DNA of 64,000 nucleotides from Balanoglossus misakiensis (GCA_040954595.2 CM082589.2:7758232-7822231); one strand, 5' to 3'. Counted from the first letter of the stretch, positions 25,163 to 38,352 are shown. Translations and numbers: made by a program. The notes: generated from the letters alone by a model not told the origin.

Positions 25163-28100
25163 AGAGATCTGAGTCTTCTTTATGGCATTGACCTAGCACT
25201 TCCTACGTCTGCTGCTTTCTGCGATGCAATTTCCCTTGTTCACCACACTTGCAGAAGAAGACACAAGATTGCAGTCCCTCTTCAACTCACCTATATCTTT
25301 GCGCGCTCTGTTTTCGCTTCCTTCGATGTACTTTCGCATATTATAAATAAAAAATCTGTATGTGTGTGTGTGAACATTTTAACATTCCTGTCTTTGCATA
25401 ATTTGTCCTCAGTGTTTAGGGGGTATGTCTTTAATGAAGTTTTCCCAATGGCTATAACAGATGAGAAGGTCTTAATTTGCAATATATTTAATTTGAGAAT
25501 AACATACCATGCATGTCGTGAATAACCTGATTTGATAATGGAAAACAATTGCAATAGATCCTTCAAGTCCAGTGTAGTTTCCTGGGATCAGTTCATTAGT
25601 CGCTTTCCACGTGTGTGTTCAATATACCGGTATATCTGTTTTATTCTTTATGTGTTAGTATGAACTTTATGGTTTTGCCTTTATTCCATAAATAATACTT
25701 TAAAATGCTTAACATTTTAAAGTATTTTTGGAACAGTTGGATTTGTGTGTATGTGTGTTGGTTTTTTTGTAGAGATTTGTTTTTTCAAAATGCAGTGTGT
25801 GAGTGTTTACTATATTTTGATGAATTTTTTTTTGATAAATACATTAAATAATGTGTTTACATAAGCCATAAAGAGATTTAATTTTTTTAATTTGGTTGGG
25901 GTGGGGCAGTAAATTCACTTATGAAATAACATGGCTTACAGGCAACACATTATTTAAACTTTTCGAGCAACAAAAATTTGACATTGATTTCATTTTATAA
26001 AATGAATTTTTCTGTGTATTCTATAGATTTTCAGATTTCAGTTATTTTACATTTAATTTTAAGTCTTTTTCCCTCAATGATTTGGGACTTTTATGAAACC
26101 TTTTCAATCCTATACCAGATGAGAAGGTTTCAATTTTCTTTTACTGGACGTAAAGTATTTTTTATTTATGGAACAGTTTTGATGTGTGTGTGTGTACATG
26201 TACATGTACATGTGTTTTTTCAGAGATTTTTTTTACAAAATGCATAAGTGATGTGTTTGCAGCAGCCATAAAAGCCTAACTGTTTTTATATTGGGTGGGG
26301 GAGGGAGGGAGGGAAGTAAATTCGCTCATGAAATGATATGGCTTACAGGCAACACATTATTTTGCATTTTTGAACAATTAAAAATGACATTTATTTCACT
26401 TTATAAAATGATTTTTTCTATATTTTATACGTTTTCAGATTTCAGCTATTTTACATTTAATTATCATTATCAAAGATGAGTAGGTTTCAATTTGCTTTTG
26501 CTTGACATTGTAAAGTGCTAATATTTATTGAACGTAGTTTAGATGAGACATTCTTTTATACATAAAGTCCACTATCTGTAACATTTGGCAACTCTTTCTC
26601 AGTATTAACCATGATTTCTTGTGTGCATAAACAGTGTTGTTATTGTTATAATTTGTATTCAAGTCCAGAATTGGATACATTTGCCAATAATAACAATGTT
26701 CTGTGCCAAAAGTTATAGGTGGTGGCCCTTTAATCATGAACTTTTGAAGAACAGTATAACACCAAACCCAATATGATTTACTTAGAATGCTTTATTTATA
26801 TAGTGATGAACTGTAAATGTTTGTCATGTTCACCTGAAATTTCAATACAAAATTTTAGTTAGCCAGATTAGTTGGTTAATTTAAAAGTTAGGTTTTCAGG
26901 AGGCATTACTTTCAAATACAATTTTTTGTAAACTTGGCGAATTGGTTACCTACGCTTTCCCAGAGGATTTTTTCCCCTTATTCTGTAAAAAAAGGGTTTT
27001 TATCCCTGGGTTTTGGTGCGGGGTAAATTTTCAGTTATTCCAATAAAGTACATGAACTGCTACTCATGTAAAATTGACCTGTTTTGTGTTTGTGTGTATT
27101 TGGATGTGGAAGTTTGAATGCAGGCTGGGTGGAATGGGAATGGAGACTACACAGAGAGTTTGGTGTTTGTATGCGTATAGAGCTAGTGGATTTTGTGCAT
27201 CAGTCAACAGTATAAACTTGAAAACCGTAGCATCTATCATGCAGCCATCTTGATAAGAACATCAGTAATGGTGAAAAAAGTCAGGGTGGTTACAGGACCC
27301 ATGTGTTTCCTGATAAATCTAAAGTAACAACAGACTTCTCTCTGGTCACTTTCCTGGTGCCTTCCGGATACAAAAATTGGGAAACGGGTGGCCTTAGGCA
27401 GCACAAATGGAGAGAAATATTGTCAGAAGTTTGAAAGAAAACAAATGTAATTTGAAGACTATAAGAACTGGTCAGTTTAAGACATCCACCGATTTGTTAT
27501 GGACTGGACAGGTGTCAAAAAGTCATTTCCCCCCCCCCCCCCCCCAAAAAAAAAGCAAAGGTCCCTTGGGAATTTCACAAACATATTGGCTTATAGCCAG
27601 ACTTGGTTAATTACTGTAGAAATAGATTGCTGGCTAACAAAAAATGCAAGTCAACTTTGTATGAACCTAGGACAGGTGCCTAGTTCAACAAAAACTGTAA
27701 CCTATGGAAAATTAGCTATAGTTACCATGGCAAATTGATATCTAGCGAATCACATATATTCAGTGGGTCGCACATGCGAAAAAAAAGCGCCACCATATTT
27801 TACTTTAGAATGCTCAAATACACCATATGGGCGTATACCTCCCACATAAGAAAATCTTGTAAAATACAGTTCTCAAAGTTGCATTTTAATTAACTCAAAA
27901 GTAAATTAACTCAATGTTGGGGAGGACAAATTTACTTTTGCCACTAAAAGTCAGCATCGGTGGGGTGGGGTGGCAAGTACTTTGCCCTTGTACACTAGAC
28001 AAACCAGCCAATAAATGAAATAAGAAAATTTTGTAAAAGAAAGGGCTCGAAACTGCAATTTTGTGGACTCAAAAGCAAAAGTGGGTGGGGAGAGGGGGGG

Positions 28101-28227
28101 GGCAAAAGTATGTGACCCCCCTTAAACGTTTAAAAAAAAAGATGACCCACTCCCCTCTTTTGGATTTCAAAATTTAAGTGAACCCCCCCCCCCCCCCCCC
28201 CCCCCCCGCAAACTGAGGGTACCAGCC

Positions 28228-28400
28228 TAGTCTGGTTCCCTGCCCCCATCCCACCGCTGGCTGCGCTAACCCTTTCCCTTTAGCGTAGCGCAGCCAGCGG
28301 TGGGATTGGGGCAGGGAACCAGACTAGGTACCAGCCTAGTATGGTCCCAACGCTGGCTGCGCTATGGTAAAGCGCAGCCAGCGGTGGGAATGGGACAGGC
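28228..28400. mobile_element. Small hairpin MITE (TAG..CTA) with a 10-bp TSD and an adjacent truncated copy
   Basis: GGTACCAGCC|TAGTCTGGTTCCC...GGGAACCAGACTA|GGTACCAGCC, followed by TAGTATGGTCCC.. Confidence 0.8.
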
Positions 28401-29054
28401 GTCCGGGTTGTGTAAGGTCAAAGTTGATGACCCAACAGAAAAACAAATGGACGTCTGCTGCAGGATTTGGAATCATGAATGCTGTAACTTATTTTACCGA
28501 TTTCCTGAAGATTTACACCTGGTTGTAACGGAGTTAATCATAAAGTGAGTACAGCTGCGTTACCATAGCTTGGTAATCTTCTATTCAGATTCTTTTGCCT
28601 TTAATAAGCTTTCCCTGTAAAGTTTATACACAGGTGTCCTGACTTGAGAGGTGTCCATCATCGTGCCCTCTAACAAATAAGCATCATTTCAAAATGCTTT
28701 GATTTCTAGATATTTCTCTGAGTCAGCCCCATGCCTTTGCATGTATTGTGCATAATTTCCTAAGTCTCCTATGAGTTTGTTGAGTCAGTGGTGCGTACAT
28801 ATGGGCTTTAAAATAGGACTCACTGGTGACTGTTGTCCATAATGACAGGTTTCACTGTATTGCAAAAATCGCCAAAGGTGAACCCCCCCCCCCCCCCTCC
28901 TTTCTTATAAGCAAAAGTGATTCTGCATCTGATTAGAAATTACAGTATACAAATTTTAATTCTCTCTCACCACATTAGGTTAAACCATGATCTGCAGACC
29001 CGGGTGGTGATTTCCCATCATTGTCCAAAAGGACACAAACATTTTTATCACAGG

Positions 29055-32000
29055 ATGAGGCTGACCTTCCAACATATCAAATGGTGCCTTCTTATGCAAT
29101 GTGCTGCCATAGCAACAGCAGAGTATGAAAAACTTGTAAGTTACAAGACAATGCAATTGTTCTTCTTAACCAGATAAGTGACAGTAAAGTCTCCTCTGTT
29201 TTAGCATGTTTCAATGAATTTGTTTGATATGAGGAGCTGTTCCTGTTGTTTGACTACAAACAGCAAAAAGAAAAGAAAATGACTTGATTTGACTATTTTG
29301 CTGATGAGTGTCTAAACTGATGTGTGTATGCTGTCAAAAAAGGCCAAATAGTTAAAATCTTTAAATTGAAGCAAAATTTAGTTTTCTACTTCATTAGGAA
29401 AAGAGTTAATGTATGAGTTTTATGGCCAATTTAATTATCATAGTCATACATGGCTGTTATGAGCAGGATAAAAATGTTGAGAGTTCATCGAATTATATTT
29501 TCAATGATGAATCAGATTATTTTGCATTTTCTGTTTAATTTGCTCAAAAGTTATGTTCTTTGTTTATTCTGTTTAAAATTTGCTGCAATACGATACCGGT
29601 AAGGTCTGGGCTGAAAAATAACTGGTCATCTTCCTTTGTCCTCAGCTTTTGGCCGATGTAACAACCAACAAACTAACCAGGGAGCATGATGGGACTTTTG
29701 GCATGTGGTCATACCATGGGTAAGTCTTGGCAGCTTGATCGGACAAAGCAATTCACTGCATGGTGGGACACCTTGGATATGTTGCATTATACTTGTAGAT
29801 AGACTTCGTGTGACAATTCATTGACCACTTCGCGGATAGGGTATCTGCAATGCATGATGGTATAATTTGCGTTCATCATAGCCTAGTACATGGCTAATGC
29901 ACACGCTCAGAACGCAAACTGTCCCACAACCCCCTGCGTTATTCTATCCGTGAAGTGGTCCAGTCTTTATACATGCACATTGCTCATGAATTCTTATGGC
30001 TTGGCGGATGCATGTACTAGGCCCAGTTGGGAAATTCTGCTATATGATCCGGGGACCCAGTGACATTTCTGCTATGTACTGGTGTGACCTTTATACATGC
30101 ATATTACACATGAATTTCCCCATGAACTACAGTAAGCATATTTTGTACCTAAACTGAAATTTCAGACTTTAATTTACAGAACTGCCAAGGAGAGCCATGC
30201 CAGCCAAACTGAGTTCATTTACAATGCCGATCTACTGGCCGAAGATGATCACCACCATCACAGCATTGCTTCGACAGTGTACCCAAATATGGGCGTAACA
30301 TCTGATATGGATCCGGTTTACCAAGTAAGTAGGCTAGCCAATCATTGCAAGCATAATTCTCCCTACTTTAAATATGGTTTTGCTACCTAGGTGAGTGATG
30401 ACATTCTCATATGGTCGACACAATTTCAAGATGGCCGACTTTGGCTGTGTTTAAGAAATGGAATGCTGATTACTACAAAATGACCATGTTAAAAAAACAA
30501 ATACTGAGCAAATATTTATGTTTCAAAAAGTAGAACAAGAAACCAGACTTGATACACAAACAATAATACTAAGAAAATAGCCAAAAGTTGAGAGTTACTG
30601 GGTGTTACAGGCTCATGGTATTGAACTTCTTGTATTTTTGTGAAATATATCCAGTTAAATACATTTCAGGCCCATATTTTTGACATGTCCATTTCTTTAG
30701 AAAAAAAGTCAACTTCAAGTTCAGTGTGACCGACCTTCAATACTGTGGCATTTCTAAGAAGCTGATATGAGGATTTTCTTGATTTCTAAGGAATACCTAA
30801 TTTTGCAATGCAAAGTGACCAAGATTGATGGTGTCATCCTAGAATGGGTAAGTGATCTGAAACTGAATGTCTACTCAACATGGAGAGAATGATGAAAAAC
30901 ATATTGGCTCTAAATGAGAGCTGTTTTTTTTCTTTGCCACGATAATTCTGATGAGTTTTCTAATTTCACGTTTTCTCAAATGAATCTAAGAGACTATAAC
31001 CCAATTGAATAAATGACATTTCTCCATGTGTGACGTTGAGATACTCGTCTGCCAAAAGGCTTTGTCTGTATTCCATTCCCACAAAAAATATCAGAAGTGG
31101 AAAATCAAAAAGGGGCATTGTCTTCAAATTCAGAAAGTTACAGCCGAAATTATGAAAGGTCGCCGATTCAATATGTGATCTAGACGTCCTGTGTGCACTG
31201 AACACACGATGTGTTTATCTAACACAAACAACAGAACCTCTCATAAAAGAGATGCGGTATCATTAGACTAATTACAGATGGTAGTCTGGAAACACGCTCC
31301 CCCTCAGAGAGAGTTGTTTACTTGGGTACGATGTCAAAGTTTAATCTCAAAGTGTATACGCTTTATGTTGAGAGTGTACCCAAGTAAACAACTCTCTCTG
31401 AGGGGGAGCGTGTTTCCAGACTACCATCTGTAATTAGTCTAATGATACCGCATCTCTTTTATGAGAGGTTCTGTTGTTTGTGTTAGATAAACACATCGTG
31501 TGTTCAGTGCACACAGGACGTCTAGATCACATATTGAATCGGCGACCTTTCATAATTTCGGCTGTACAGTTACAGTTACTCTGACTAGATTGTAAATTTA
31601 ATACTGTTTTGTCTTCAGGGTTACAAGGGCCATCCAACTGACCAGGCTTTGCAGAGTTTATTACCGCTTGTGAAGAAACATTTTCCCTTCAAGATTGGAG
31701 TTAACTGGTATGCGAGGTTTTGGCACTTTATTTATGAGAGACAGATAGTGTAAGCAAAAAGAAAAAGAATATTTTTCAAAGACTTATAGTTTAATCTTTT
31801 TTTCTCAGGTGTGATCATTGGTTAGAGGTGGCAATGAAAAATCATTCAAGTGCAGAGGTGAGTACGAAAAATGTCTCCATCTGGAGTTCAAAATTGTTGT
31901 CTTCAAAGTGTAAAATGCGATGGTAGAGGGCTCTCATCTCTTGATGCATCCAGTTTGCCCAATGATAATTGATTACAACTTTAAAGGTACATATTTCTTG

Positions 32001-35000
32001 ACATGGGCACTTCTGTAGAAATTAACAATATATCTTTTGTCTTTGCACAAACTGTTTATTTGGAAACTAGAGGTTGTCAGTGCATTTTAGATTAAGTAGT
32101 TTAAATGAGTGTGTGTGTGCGTGCGTGTGTGTGTATGTGTGCGTGCGTGTATGTGTGTGTGTATATAGATGGGTGTCAATTAGTGCAGTACATGTATGTC
32201 ATATTTTTCTCCTGTGTTATTTTGTCTTTCTGGAACATCTTTAGAAACATCTCTTGCAGTTTTAAAAAAAAAAACAAACATTTCTATGCATTTTTACCGC
32301 AATACATTTCTCAGTTTGTTGCAGCATTCCATGAAAGTGCTCAGTATTTGTTTGATGGATTGTTTAGCCTTGGTCCCGATCTCACTGTGTATTCAGGATC
32401 ATCTCCAGTTGTGTTCCTCTTTGGTGGTGGTGTGACATCACAACAGTTCAAAGGTCAGACATTTCTGTGAGGAGATTGAGAAAGATCAGTATTATCTGTC
32501 AAAGTCTTGTGGGGAGAGACTCATCACAGTGTTTTTGCTAAGGTTGGAGAACGTTGGTAAATGATGTTGGAACCCTGGTAATATTTCTCTTACTAATCAA
32601 TATGACTGCAATGATATACCATAGACCACTTCGCGGATAGGGTATCTGCAATGCATAATGGTATAATTTGCATTCAACATAGCATCTACTACATGGCCAA
32701 CGCACACGCTCAGAACGCAAACTGTCCCACAAACCCCTGTGTTATTCTATCCGCGAAGTGGTCCATAGTGAACCTAGGTGAAATGGCTGGGGAACCTTGG
32801 TAACATTTATCTGGGTACCACCCTTGACAAAAAACACTGCATCAATGAAAAAATCTCTATATCTTCACATACCTTTCAAATAGTATTATAAATAGGTATT
32901 TATAAAATGACAATGAATTGGATTTGCAAATGCTAAATGTTACAAATTTACAATACTGGCACTGTGCAAATTTTTGTAAAGATGCATTAATAATAATAAT
33001 GTACAACATCCTTAAAATAAATTTCATTGGTTAAGAGAAACTAAGTTTATTTTAGTATACTAGATTCACATATAAAGGCCGCCGCACACGAGAGAAATCA
33101 GCTGAGCAAAACGCCATTCAAGGAATTTTGCTCAGCAAGTTTCTCTCGTGTGCGGTGGTCTTGAGTAATTTTCCTCGCGAGGAAAAAAATATCAAACATG
33201 TTGAATATCGTGATCCGCGGCACAAAAGTAAAAAGATCAGGAAAAATCGGCCGCACACGGGAGGAAAATTGCTGAGCAAAATTCCTCGAATGACTTTTTG
33301 CTCAGCTAATTTCTCTCGTGTGCGGCAGCCTTAAGGTTTAACAATATTTTTTTCAGAACATGGTCGAGTAACATTGGCATCTATTCTTATCGAAGATAGA
33401 GGGCGTGTGTGCCCAAACAGATTGCTTGTAAAATAAAACCTGTCTAAACCGAACCCTGTGTAATCTGGAAACCTGTCCATACCAAATACATTTTCCTGTC
33501 CCTTTGATATAAACCACATGTTAAACGAACCTATAAACTAGACACCTCTGCAAACTGAACAATTTCTTCAGTCCCTTTGGTGTTCGGTTTAGACAGGTTG
33601 TACTGTATCAAATTTTTTGCCCTCTCACATTCAGCCATGTATAATTTGTCAAAACAGAAAATGAACAGGGATAACTATACCACCTCATTCATTTCCATTT
33701 CTCTGCAGACGTTCTTTCCAAACCATTTAATTTTCCCGGTCGAATGACATCACCTGTGTGGCTAGGCAGCTATCTGAACTTTGTGTCAGGTGACTTGTGG
33801 TCCGAGTGGATGGATCTGATCAATGGAACGTTTGGTTGGGTGCCCTCTAGAGTCAGACCAGTGCCAGGTGATATGAAGCAATGGGATTATTATGGTACTC
33901 TTCAAGATGCCGTTACATATCAGGTGATATAAAAAATACCTCTTGTTATGTGTCTGTCCACATGTCTATACATATGTCTTTGTGCCTCTGATCATTTCAA
34001 AATGTCTGCACCAATTTTCATACTGTGAATAGCTAGACTCTCTCACAGCCCCTATCGCTGTCCATGCAGGCTTATGGTTTGATTGCATGTGTGCCAGACG
34101 AGAGGTTCGCTACACAACGCAATATGGGGCTTCTTCTTTGCTGAACAGTTGAAGGTGCATCAGAGAAGAGCCTTGTAGCAAACCGTGGGCTGTGAGAGAG
34201 TCTATGTTAATAGCACACTATGTATTTTGTCACAATCCATGGAGGGATCATGATTTTAAGGGACAGTCTCTGGCTGATAGCTACCTAGTAGGGGACCGAA
34301 ACTGTCACCCAGGTTTTTGGACCACCGTCTTTTCAATGCATCAGATTGGCCTGGAAGATTCAATGATGTCTATATGACTCATTTGCAGCAAGAACCATAC
34401 ATGAAGCCACTGCACAGCCTGTTGATGATGAACTAAAAAAAGAACACCATCAGTATTCTATCCAGAAATATTCAAAATAACTAATAAAAAAAACAATATA
34501 AGGCAGTGCAGCTGCACTACATGTTACTTTTACAATTTTTACCCAAGCTATATTTTTTATCAACAAAGATAATGCAGAAACACTGTCAAACACTGATATT
34601 TGCATAAAACATTAATTTTCTTGTTTCATCAAATGCAGGCCAATGTTTCCAAGTTTGGTGACGACTGCATGCAGAGAGAGAAATGTGTGTTATGGAGTGG
34701 CTCTGTATCTCCAGGGTTTGACAACAGGGGTTGTGCTGGATGGGGTAAAACTCTGAAATATTTACCCAGGAAAGATTTGAAACGCCATGTCAAGTGAGTA
34801 CCGGTATATATTTTGTGTTTAGTTTAGGATTTCAACTATTGCTTATGGTCGTTTGGTTCTGGGTGTTTGCTTTCTTCAATCATGGTTTTCCTTATTGAAG
34901 GCACAGTACCTAAGTACTGTAAAACGGGTTATCTTCGCGAGCAATAAATTTTCGCGAAATACGCAAGAGCCAAATAAAAAACGCGATATAAAAAGAGGCA

Positions 35001-38000
35001 ACTGTTACGCTACCAATGTTCACATTCTCGTATTCACTAACTGCATTGATATCTCCGAAAACATTTTTACGGGACTTTTATTTTCACGTTTTATTTTGTT
35101 CTCGTGAAGTTCGTGAAAATTTATTGTTTACAGTATATTTGCAGTGTAATTAAAGAGATATTTAACTGTTTTATTTACAATATTTTTGTTCTTTGTATCA
35201 AATGCATTTTCCTTTTTCTACTCCAAACAGCATGCTAATATACCCAGTACTCAGCTTGTCAACATAGCCTGTATGTGTGTGTGTGTATAACGGACATTGT
35301 TAATTATTGACAAATGAATTCTAGTCTGGACTTGAATTCACATTTTGCACAATAACAATGCTGATAACACACATAAATGTTGTGTGGCTAATCTGGATAC
35401 TGGGCATGTCATCGTGCCCCAGGGATTTGAACAAGAAACTGTTGTAGATACCCAAAACAAGAATACTGAAAACATAGCAAAAAAGGTACATCTAATAGAG
35501 CTTTAATGGAACAGAAATGTCTCCATACAGGTCCTTGTATGATGCACAGTGGAAGTATGTCAGTCAAACGAAAACAAATATGGTCGTTATAGCAACACTC
35601 AATGACTTCCCAGGTAAGAGTTTTGCATCCTTAAATCAATCGCCTAGAATTTTTACTTGCTGAACACCGATTTCAAGCTTTGGTCTTCGATCTAGTTACA
35701 TTTATTTATTTATTCCATTCTAATTCCTATTCAGAAGCCACGACTATCCTTGGTGTGAATGGAAGTGATGAAATCCTGGAGAGTACAGAGCTCTGGGCAT
35801 CTCAGTGGAAAGGTCTGCCTAGCAACCCCAAAGGCTTGAAGCTTCCAGAATTGTGGTATAGAAGCATGAAAACAGCACAATTTTACAACAAAACCAGGAA
35901 CATAAATGGTAACTTTTACAGTCGGTAAAATGACTGAATTTTGATATAAGGTTTTGATCATTTTAATGTTCCCTGGTAATTGCTTTAATAGAATTCTAGT
36001 GAAGTCTTGGTAGTAAATTTGGAAATCTATCATCTGTGTACATGTACTACAAAAATCGTAATGGAAATGTTAAGCACCTACATGTATGCTAACAATAGAA
36101 AATTCCAAAGACTTCATATATAACAGATTTGTGTTGATTTTCACCAGTTTCAGAGATACTTCAATTACTGGACAATGTGTCATTGCTGATTAGCCATGGG
36201 AATTACAGTCTGGCTGAAAATCTGCTGAATGGTGTTATTAGGTAGGTTGAGGTATACGGTCACCTCCAATTTACATACGCCCATATATGTCAGAAATGGC
36301 ATACGTGAGCGTTCTAAAGAACATATGTGGCGCTCTTTTTTTTCGCGTGTGCCACCCACTGAAAATCTGTGATTGGCTAGATCTCCATTTGCTATGGTAA
36401 CTGTAGCTATATTTGCATAGGTGACTATATACCTTTAATTGGAGTGAACAGACCATACTCTGAAAACTTTAAAAACCACTTCAACAATTTTGCAAGTAAA
36501 ACTATAATTATTCAGGTTTTCTCAGAAGTGATTAGCAAGAATGCAATTTTCTGGCCTTTCTTCCTGTGAAAAGTTAAGTCCTCACAACAATGAATACTTT
36601 TTCTTGCCATCAGTCCACAAGATTTATTTTTCACATACAGTTTTAGATATACCGACAAGCTGTAAATGAGAAACTGTTGTAAGCAAAGAAAACTCATAGC
36701 AGCTTCCTCTAAAATCTTACAGATCAAAGATGGACGCCATCAAACAGAAGTTACATGTAACCAACATTACTGTGGAGGTCCCCAGTGTCGATATGTACCC
36801 AGTTTGGGGGTCAGAGGTCAATAATACTTACTTCATCAACAGTACTGGTGGCCTCTACCTACAAATGAATGAATCACTGGCTGCCAAGTTACACAAAGAA
36901 AACTTCAAAGTAAGCAAAACATTGTGATGCATACAAGAGTCTTTGAAAGTCAAATTTCTGTTTATCCAATGTCCTAATATAGTTCAGCATATAGTTCCAT
37001 GATTATTTGACATATGCTATATACGTGTATTACAACTTAATAACATGTTAAATTTTAAAATTCGAGAAAAACAATGAATTAAAATTTCCACAGAATATGT
37101 AGCTTTTTAAAAACTTATTTTGAAGAATACTATTTTTTTTCTCTCTCTCTGTAGGGTATTTTGCTGTTTCAATATCAGTTGCTCAAGTCATCCAATCTAT
37201 CCTCATTGAAAGTTTATTCTTCAAGTCAAAGAACTCGGCAAGGAGCAGCGTTCAGCATTCTTCCAAAGTTTCAGGAATGGATCGCAGATTCCGAAGAGTT
37301 TTCAACGAAAGTGGGTGATTATGCGGAGGTTTGCAGTATCGTTGTCAAACACACAGGTCAGTGAGAGTTTGATGTGATTCTCGATTAGGGAGAAAAAATA
37401 CAAGTGGGTGTTGAAATGTTTGAATCAATCTCATTGATAATGCTTTTACAACAGGTCGTACAAAGGTTTATTTTCATTCCTACTCATGTTTCAGGATTTA
37501 TAAAATGTGTGTTCATCAACGGATTGTTATGAATATTCAGATCTAGTGATCTTGATCTTGCCTGCAAGCTTGTGTGCCATGTTGCCACAGAAAATGTAGA
37601 AACGCTTCAACGATGCGTCCAATCAGGAGTCTATATGACCCTTTTACCTTAAAGGTATACGGTCACCTATGGAAAATTAGCTATAGTTCCCATGGCAAAT
37701 TGAGATCTAGCCAATTACAGATTTTCAGTGGGTGGCACACGCAAAAAAAAAAGAGCACCGCCATATTTTCTTTAGAACGCTCAAATACGCCATTTCAGCC
37801 ATAAATGGGCGTATCTAAATTGGAGGTGACTGTATACCTTTAAACCTTTATATCATTCTCAATGTACAAGTTGCATCACAAAAAAGTCAATTTAAGCAAA
37901 TTTATTATTTTTGACATTTGAACAAGTAACTTAAACATTGTTCTTGGAATTAAATAGTGCATTTTTGTGTCGATATCTGCTTTCAGGAAGTTGGCACAGT

Positions 38001-38147
38001 GCCAGAGTGGAGCTATATAAGGACAACCAGTCCTGGGATCACACCAGTTATCATGGAGCTGACCTCTCTTTCAAAACATCTGAAAAGGACACAACATTTT
38101 TGGTTTCAAATGTGTCGTTATCGTTCCAAATCTACTCTCCCGAATGA
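29055..38147 (+). CDS. Secreted glycoside hydrolase family 99/71-like protein (endo-alpha-mannosidase-like TIM barrel plus C-terminal extension)
   Basis: Exons 29055-29135, 29646-29719, 30180-30324, 30791-30847, 31619-31707, 31809-31857, 32315-32453, 33709-33923, 34639-34793, 35531-35613, 35735-35908, 36148-36241, 36723-36909, 37155-37356, 37987-38147 splice in phase. Signal-peptide-like start MRLTFQHIKWCLLMQCAAIATA. Motifs IASTVYPNMG..SDMDP, EYLILQCKVTKIDGVILEWG, SVSPGFDNRG and VIATLNDFPEATTI match GH99-like motifs (YP.LG.YSS.DP, GIDG...W, PG.D, NEW.EGT.IE). Confidence 0.8.
29823..29961. mobile_element. MITE family E
   Basis: TIR GACCACTTCGCGGATAG / CTATCCG(C/T)GAAGTGGTC. A second copy lies at 32624-32764. 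Confidence 0.8.
31139..31566. repeat. Perfect inverted repeat (191-bp arms, 46-bp spacer) in an intron of the GH99-like gene
   Basis: 31139-31329 is the reverse complement of 31376-31566. Confidence 0.92.
32624..32764. mobile_element. MITE family E, second copy
   Basis: Near-identical to 29823-29961. Confidence 0.8.
33076..33331. mobile_element. PIF/Harbinger-like palindromic MITE
   Basis: TAA-AGGCCGCCGCACACGAGAGAAA...TTTCTCTCGTGTGCGGCAGCCT-TAA, with internal sub-repeats. Confidence 0.8.
33425..33607. mobile_element. Tc1/mariner-like MITE
   Basis: AAACCTGTCTAAACCGAAC...GTTCGGTTTAGACAGGTTGTACTGTA. A related element lies at about 41722-41890. Confidence 0.65.
34034..34204. mobile_element. 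MITE family D, second copy
   Basis: TAGACTCTCTCACAGCCC...GGGCTGTGAGAGAGTCTA, flanked by TGTGAATAGC/TGTTAATAGC. Confidence 0.85.
34915..35134. mobile_element. MITE family C copy
   Basis: TACTGTAAAACGGGTTATCTTCGCG...TTTACAGTA. Confidence 0.8.
36250..36434 (-). mobile_element. MITE family B copy
   Basis: Reverse complement of the family B consensus. Confidence 0.85.
37653..37839 (+). mobile_element. MITE family B, full-length copy
   Basis: TTAA-AGGTATACGGTCACC...GGTGACTGTATACCT-TTAA. Confidence 0.9.
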
Positions 38148-38172
38148 AAGTCTTTTAAAAGGAATACATTAA

Positions 38173-38352
38173 AGGTATACAGTCACCACCAATTTACATA
38201 CGCCTATATATGGCTGAAATGGCGTATTTGAGCGTTCTAAGGAACATATGGTGGCGCTCTTTTTTTCGCGTGTGCCACCCACTGAAAATCTGTGATTGGC
38301 TAGATCTCATTTTGCCATGGTGACTATAGATAATTTTCAATGGGTGACCGTA
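38173..38352 (-). mobile_element. MITE family B copy at the start of the GH99-like 3'UTR
   Basis: Begins TTAA-AGGTATACAGTCACC about 25 bp after the stop codon. It is inverted relative to the 37653 copy. Confidence 0.85.
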
